Assembly (NCBI GenBank): GCA_963719505.1
Contig: CAVRCF010000003.1
Coordinates: 320,001-384,000 of the forward strand
Length of the DNA: 64,000 nucleotides
Direction of reading: 5' to 3'
From: Halobacteriovoraceae bacterium
GTDB taxonomy: Bacteria; Bdellovibrionota; Bacteriovoracia; Bacteriovoracales; Bacteriovoracaceae
Shown here piece by piece: positions 60,022 through 64,000 of this stretch. Each line of letters starts with the position of its first letter. Position 1 is the stretch's first letter. The position numbers were made by a program, and so were the translations under genes. Below the pieces are notes generated by a model. That model did no database searches, was not told where the DNA came from, and worked only from the letters and a program-made list of their open reading frames with translations.

Positions 60022-60171
60022 TTTTGCAAACTTTTAGAGCCTATCCTTTTGGGCTTTAAGCTTCTAAGTGGCTGTTATTAATAGCGGATGTTAAGTAATA
60101 GAAAAAGATTCCATGTATTTCACTATACTTATAAATGATAATATTAAAGAGGAACTTTACTGGGAGTCTGC

Positions 60172-61550
60172 GTGCAAAAATTAACAATATTTTTAATTTT
60201 TCTTTCTTTTTTTAGCGGCAATTCATTTGCTGAAGACGGTAACTATCAGTGCGCAGCAGGGGACCTCACTGTAGATGTTAGTAATATGACTGAGGTCCTA
60301 AGTAATATTACCCCTGATGCTTGTAATGAAACTTCAAATGATGTTGATTTAATAAATATGATGAAGTGTGTGCCTCTAGCTATGGAGATGTACGACAAAA
60401 ATGAAGAAGTCCTCAAAGAATGTGAGGGTGTATCTAAGTCTTACTATTTTTCGGGATTAATGAGAAGTTTAATTGGACCCAAATATCCTGGCAGAGAGGA
60501 TCTAAAAGATGAAAAGTCTTCAATTGTCGACTTTATGCATATGGATGGTTTAGCTGCAACAACATCGAAAAAGCAGATTACTGAAGAGTTAACTCGAAAT
60601 ATTTTACAATTTGCTGGAAAAACGAACTGTCCCATTTACAGAATCAAAGTTGAAAGAAAGTACGATATGCCTCTTATTGTCGATTCTATAAAAATTGGTG
60701 ATCGCTCTTCTCAGATGGACGTGTTATCAGAGACGAATTAATCCGTCGGAAGCAGAGGGCTTTATAGAGCCCCTGAATGAGTCATTAGAAAGTGAAGAAA
60801 CTAAGGAGAAGACAATTCGTTCTAAAGATGCAAGAGCGTTTTACCAGAAAGTATGGGCAAACAATTTGGGCATCAGGTGTATCTCAATCGACTTGTTCGA
60901 CAAAAGTTGTAAAGGACAATCCAAGATACTATCGAAGAGCAACTTTACCGGCACCCACATGTAGTGGAAGAGTTACAATTAATTTTAAAAATGACTCAGC
61001 AGAAATTTCGAGCTCTAATTTGTCTGAATTGATGACTTCAGATGAATACACTAAGCTAAGAACTTGTATCAATAAGTTTGAAGCCCAGAAACTTGAAGTA
61101 AAGCATATAAGAATAAACGGTTCTGCCAACAGATTTACGGGTAAAAATATTCCTGGGCAAATGAGTGAGGCCACAGCTCTAAATAAAGATCTAGCTTTAA
61201 GAAGGGCAGAAAGTACAAAAGATAAAGTTATTGGAGATCTTCTGGGAGCTAATTTGCTTAGCAAGTTTACGGATTCAGGAAAGAAGATAACAGTTCTAGC
61301 ATCGGGAACTCATGGCGATGGAACATCAGGTCCATGTCCTTATTCAACAGATATTGATAGTAACGGCTTTTACAAAGTCAAAGAAGAATTTAAGGATAAG
61401 GATTCTTTAGAGAAATATAGATATGCTTCAATCGATGTTGTCTTTGAAGATTTGCCAGCGAGACAATTAACGACCGAAGAAAAAAGTAAAGAGTGGAGAG
61501 CTATTCAAGCTAGAGTTGGGTGCCGATCTTATACTGTAAAGTGTCAGTAA
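60172..61550 (+). CDS. Exported hypothetical protein with OmpA-C-like motif, split by two frameshifts (near 60735 and 60810)
   Basis: Three overlapping ORFs (60172..60741, 60695..60964, 60792..61550); signal peptide; I.GSA...N.DLAL.RA. Confidence 0.6.
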
Positions 61551-61553
61551 TAA

Positions 61554-62225
61554 CTAGTCGTAAGTGATTGGATCAACAACTCCAGCTTCTTTAAATCCTC
61601 TCAGGCGTAGTGCACATGAGTCGCACTCGCCACAAGCCTTATCAGCTCGGGCATAGCAAGACCAAGTCATTTCAAGTGGGGCTTTATGGTCCATGGCCAG
61701 TTTAACAATTTCTGATTTTTTCATCATGATAACAGGAGTCTCAACTTTGATGTCTCCATCTTTTGTACCCTGTTTTATAAGTTCATTATACGCCTCATAA
61801 TACTGAGGACGACAATCTGGATAGCCAGGAGAGTCTTCATAGTTTGCCCCGATATAAATTTTCTTGGCCCCAATTACTTCAGCCACAGACACGGCCATGG
61901 CAATGATATGAGTGTTTCTAAAAGGAACATAACTTGAAGGAATTAAGTCAGAGTCACCGGCAAACTTTGAGACTTCGATTCTTCCATCCGTAAGAGAGCT
62001 TCCTCCTATTTGAGAGAGAAAATTCATATCTATAATCTTTTGATGATTTTTATCGACACCATAGAAATCTGCAATCTTATCAAAGCATTCTCTTTCTTTG
62101 TGAGAAGTTTTTTGACCGTAGTTTAGGTGAAGAAAGGTTAGCGACTTATGGTTCTCATTCGCTACTGCGGCGACGGCTAAAGAGTCCATCCCTCCACTTA
62201 CAAGAACAATCGCGTGATCACTCAT
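61554..62225 (-). CDS. queC: 7-cyano-7-deazaguanine synthase
   Basis: SGGMDS, YGQ, YVPFRN, GYPDCRP, TWSCY, CGECDSC.LR. Confidence 0.96.
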   Translation of the reverse strand: MSDHAIVLVSGGMDSLAVAAVANENHKSLTFLHLNYGQKTSHKERECFDKIADFYGVDKNHQKIIDMNFLSQIGGSSLTDGRIEVSKFAGDSDLIPSSYVPFRNTHIIAMAVSVAEVIGAKKIYIGANYEDSPGYPDCRPQYYEAYNELIKQGTKDGDIKVETPVIMMKKSEIVKLAMDHKAPLEMTWSCYARADKACGECDSCALRLRGFKEAGVVDPITYD

Positions 62226-63991
62226 TATAAAGCCTCAATTGTCTTATTAATAAAACTCTCAATTGTCTCTATTCTTTCTTGAGCTTTTTCTTTTTTAGAC
62301 TTTAAATCTCCTTCAGAGATTTTAATCATCGTGTAAAACTTTATCTTAGGCTCAGTACCAGATGGCCTTAAAAAGAGTTGGTTTCCAGATTCAAATTTAA
62401 ATCCTAGAACATTACTTTTTGTCATCTCTATCTCAGACTCAGAGTTCGTTTTAAGATTTTTTTCTTTTTGAGTTTCAAAGTCCTGAAAGACTTCAGTGAC
62501 TTCATCCGCTATTTGTTCTTTAAAGTTTTCTCTAAAGTAAGCCATAATATTATCTATTTTTTCTTTGCCGGCGATACCTTCATAAGTGTTTGCGATGAGG
62601 CTTTCTTGGGCGTACCCATGTTCTTCGTAGATTGAATCGAGGGCATCGACCAATGTTTTCCCATTGAGTTTATGAAAAAGTGTTATTTCATTCATCATGG
62701 CCATCGCACCGACAGCATCTTTATCTCTGGCTTTATCGTGAGTCATATAACCAAAAGACTCTTCACTTGCAAAAACAAAATTATAGTCCGTTCCAGCCTC
62801 TTGAAGATCTCTCCACTTTCTGGCCATCCATTTGAAACCCGTAAGAGTATCAACTACTGTACCGCCAAAAGATTCAACGATGTTATTTTGAAGACCACTT
62901 GTCACAATACTTTTTAAAACAAGTGGATTAGCAGGTAGTTTATTTTGTTTTTTCAATTCACTAAAAATATAATCAATCATTAAAAAGGCGATTTGGTTTC
63001 CGTTAAGGTATTCGGGTGCTCCTTTGTGATTAACAACAACACCGAGTCTATCTCCGTCGGGATCAGTCCCGTAGGCCACGTCAGCATTAATCGCCATCAT
63101 TTTATCTACTGCAAACTTTAAGGCTTTAGGATCTTCTGGGTTTGGAGTTGTTTCAACTGTTGTGAAGTTTCCATCAAAAACAGCTTGATCGGGAATAATA
63201 TGGAAATTTTCAAAACCTAGTCTCTTACTGATCGTCTTACAAGGAATGAAACCCGTTCCGTGAAGAGGAGTGTAGACAAAGCTTGCTGCTTTTGGGTTGT
63301 CTTTAATCATCTTAGGATTTATTGAAATTTCTTCAATCATCTTATAGAAAGATTCGTTAACTTCTTCACCGATCCATTCAATCATATTTTCTTTTACAGC
63401 TTGATTGAAATCCATTGTTTTTACTTGATTCCAGTCGTTGATTGCCTCGTATGATTCAATAATATTTCCATCTTCTGGAGGTGTAACCTGTGAGCCATCA
63501 GACCAGTAGGCTTTAAAACCGTTATAAGCTTTGGGATTGTGACTTGCTGTTATCATAACACCACAGATACAGTCATAATATCTAACGGCATAGGAGAGCA
63601 TTGGAGTAGGAGTTAAATCAGAGAAAATATAGGCTTTTATTCCGTTGGCCGCAAATACTGTTGCCACTTCTTTTGCAAATTCGAAAGAGAAGTTTCGACA
63701 ATCATAAGACACTGAAGCTTTTGGGTTTTTAGGGTTACTAGCGAGAGCAACATTGGCCATTGCCTGAACGGCTTTTCTCACATTGTATTTATTTATTCTA
63801 TTTGAGCCCATTCCAATAATAGAGCGAAGCCCACCTGTTCCAAACTCAAGATTTTTATAAAATCTATCAGTGATCTCCTCTTCTTCGATAGCATAGTCTT
63901 TTAAGAGGGAAGTTATCTCATTCCTATCATCTTCATCGATGTACTGATCATTTGCCCAAGTTTTTGCAAGTTTTAACGCTGTTTCTTTCAT
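62225..63991 (-). CDS. pgm: Phosphoglucomutase/phosphomannomutase
   Basis: LEFGTGGLR, ITASHNP, DPDGDR, EES.GY, RPSGTEPKIK.Y. Confidence 0.93.
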   Translation of the reverse strand: MKETALKLAKTWANDQYIDEDDRNEITSLLKDYAIEEEEITDRFYKNLEFGTGGLRSIIGMGSNRINKYNVRKAVQAMANVALASNPKNPKASVSYDCRNFSFEFAKEVATVFAANGIKAYIFSDLTPTPMLSYAVRYYDCICGVMITASHNPKAYNGFKAYWSDGSQVTPPEDGNIIESYEAINDWNQVKTMDFNQAVKENMIEWIGEEVNESFYKMIEEISINPKMIKDNPKAASFVYTPLHGTGFIPCKTISKRLGFENFHIIPDQAVFDGNFTTVETTPNPEDPKALKFAVDKMMAINADVAYGTDPDGDRLGVVVNHKGAPEYLNGNQIAFLMIDYIFSELKKQNKLPANPLVLKSIVTSGLQNNIVESFGGTVVDTLTGFKWMARKWRDLQEAGTDYNFVFASEESFGYMTHDKARDKDAVGAMAMMNEITLFHKLNGKTLVDALDSIYEEHGYAQESLIANTYEGIAGKEKIDNIMAYFRENFKEQIADEVTEVFQDFETQKEKNLKTNSESEIEMTKSNVLGFKFESGNQLFLRPSGTEPKIKFYTMIKISEGDLKSKKEKAQERIETIESFINKTIEAL

Positions 63992-64000
63992 ATACAAATT

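Noticed and set aside
893..62917. Numerous short antisense or alternate-frame ORFs in the track (e.g. 893..1192, 4302..4589, 12882..13223, 29872..30222, 57792..58124)
   Set aside because: They are shadows of well-supported genes and have no recognisable motifs.
1..64000. tRNA, rRNA, CRISPR array, prophage, IS element or defence system
   Set aside because: I saw no cloverleaf or rRNA signatures, spaced direct repeats, or integrase, transposase or defence motifs by eye. A covariance-model/HMM scan would be needed to exclude them fully.

Overview
AT-rich, gene-dense bacterial chromosome segment. It is most likely from a predatory Bdellovibrionota (Bacteriovoracaceae/Halobacteriovorax-like); this is inferred from gene order and protein style, not from a database search. 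Most genes are housekeeping: DEAD-box helicase, aspS, mutS, lptC/A-lptB-rpoN-hpf, lemA-M48 peptidase, cobalamin riboswitch plus btuB, a CoA operon (ilvC-like, panB, coaX, coaBC, panC, hflX), yacG, suhB-like, lnt, S8 protease, dksA, mltG, ruvX, rho-DUF1385-prfA-prmC-murA-HIT, guaB-guaA, queC and pgm. Many orphan exported proteins lie between them. I saw no tRNA, rRNA, CRISPR array, transposase or integrase. Several genes (helicase, rho, DUF1385 and three orphans) are broken by single-base indels that look like sequencing errors. Best leads: (1) a recurring R-x-[PIVL]-A-S motif in unrelated, mostly exported proteins; (2) a stand-alone DnaA domain-I-like protein behind hflX; (3) an IlvC homologue leading the pantothenate/CoA operon, probably as ketopantoate reductase; (4) three sigma28-type promoters in front of orphan envelope genes and a sigma54 promoter in front of the subtilisin; (5) a 27-aa hydrophobic ORF missing from the ORF track; (6) a secreted protein with a tandem two-Cys domain.
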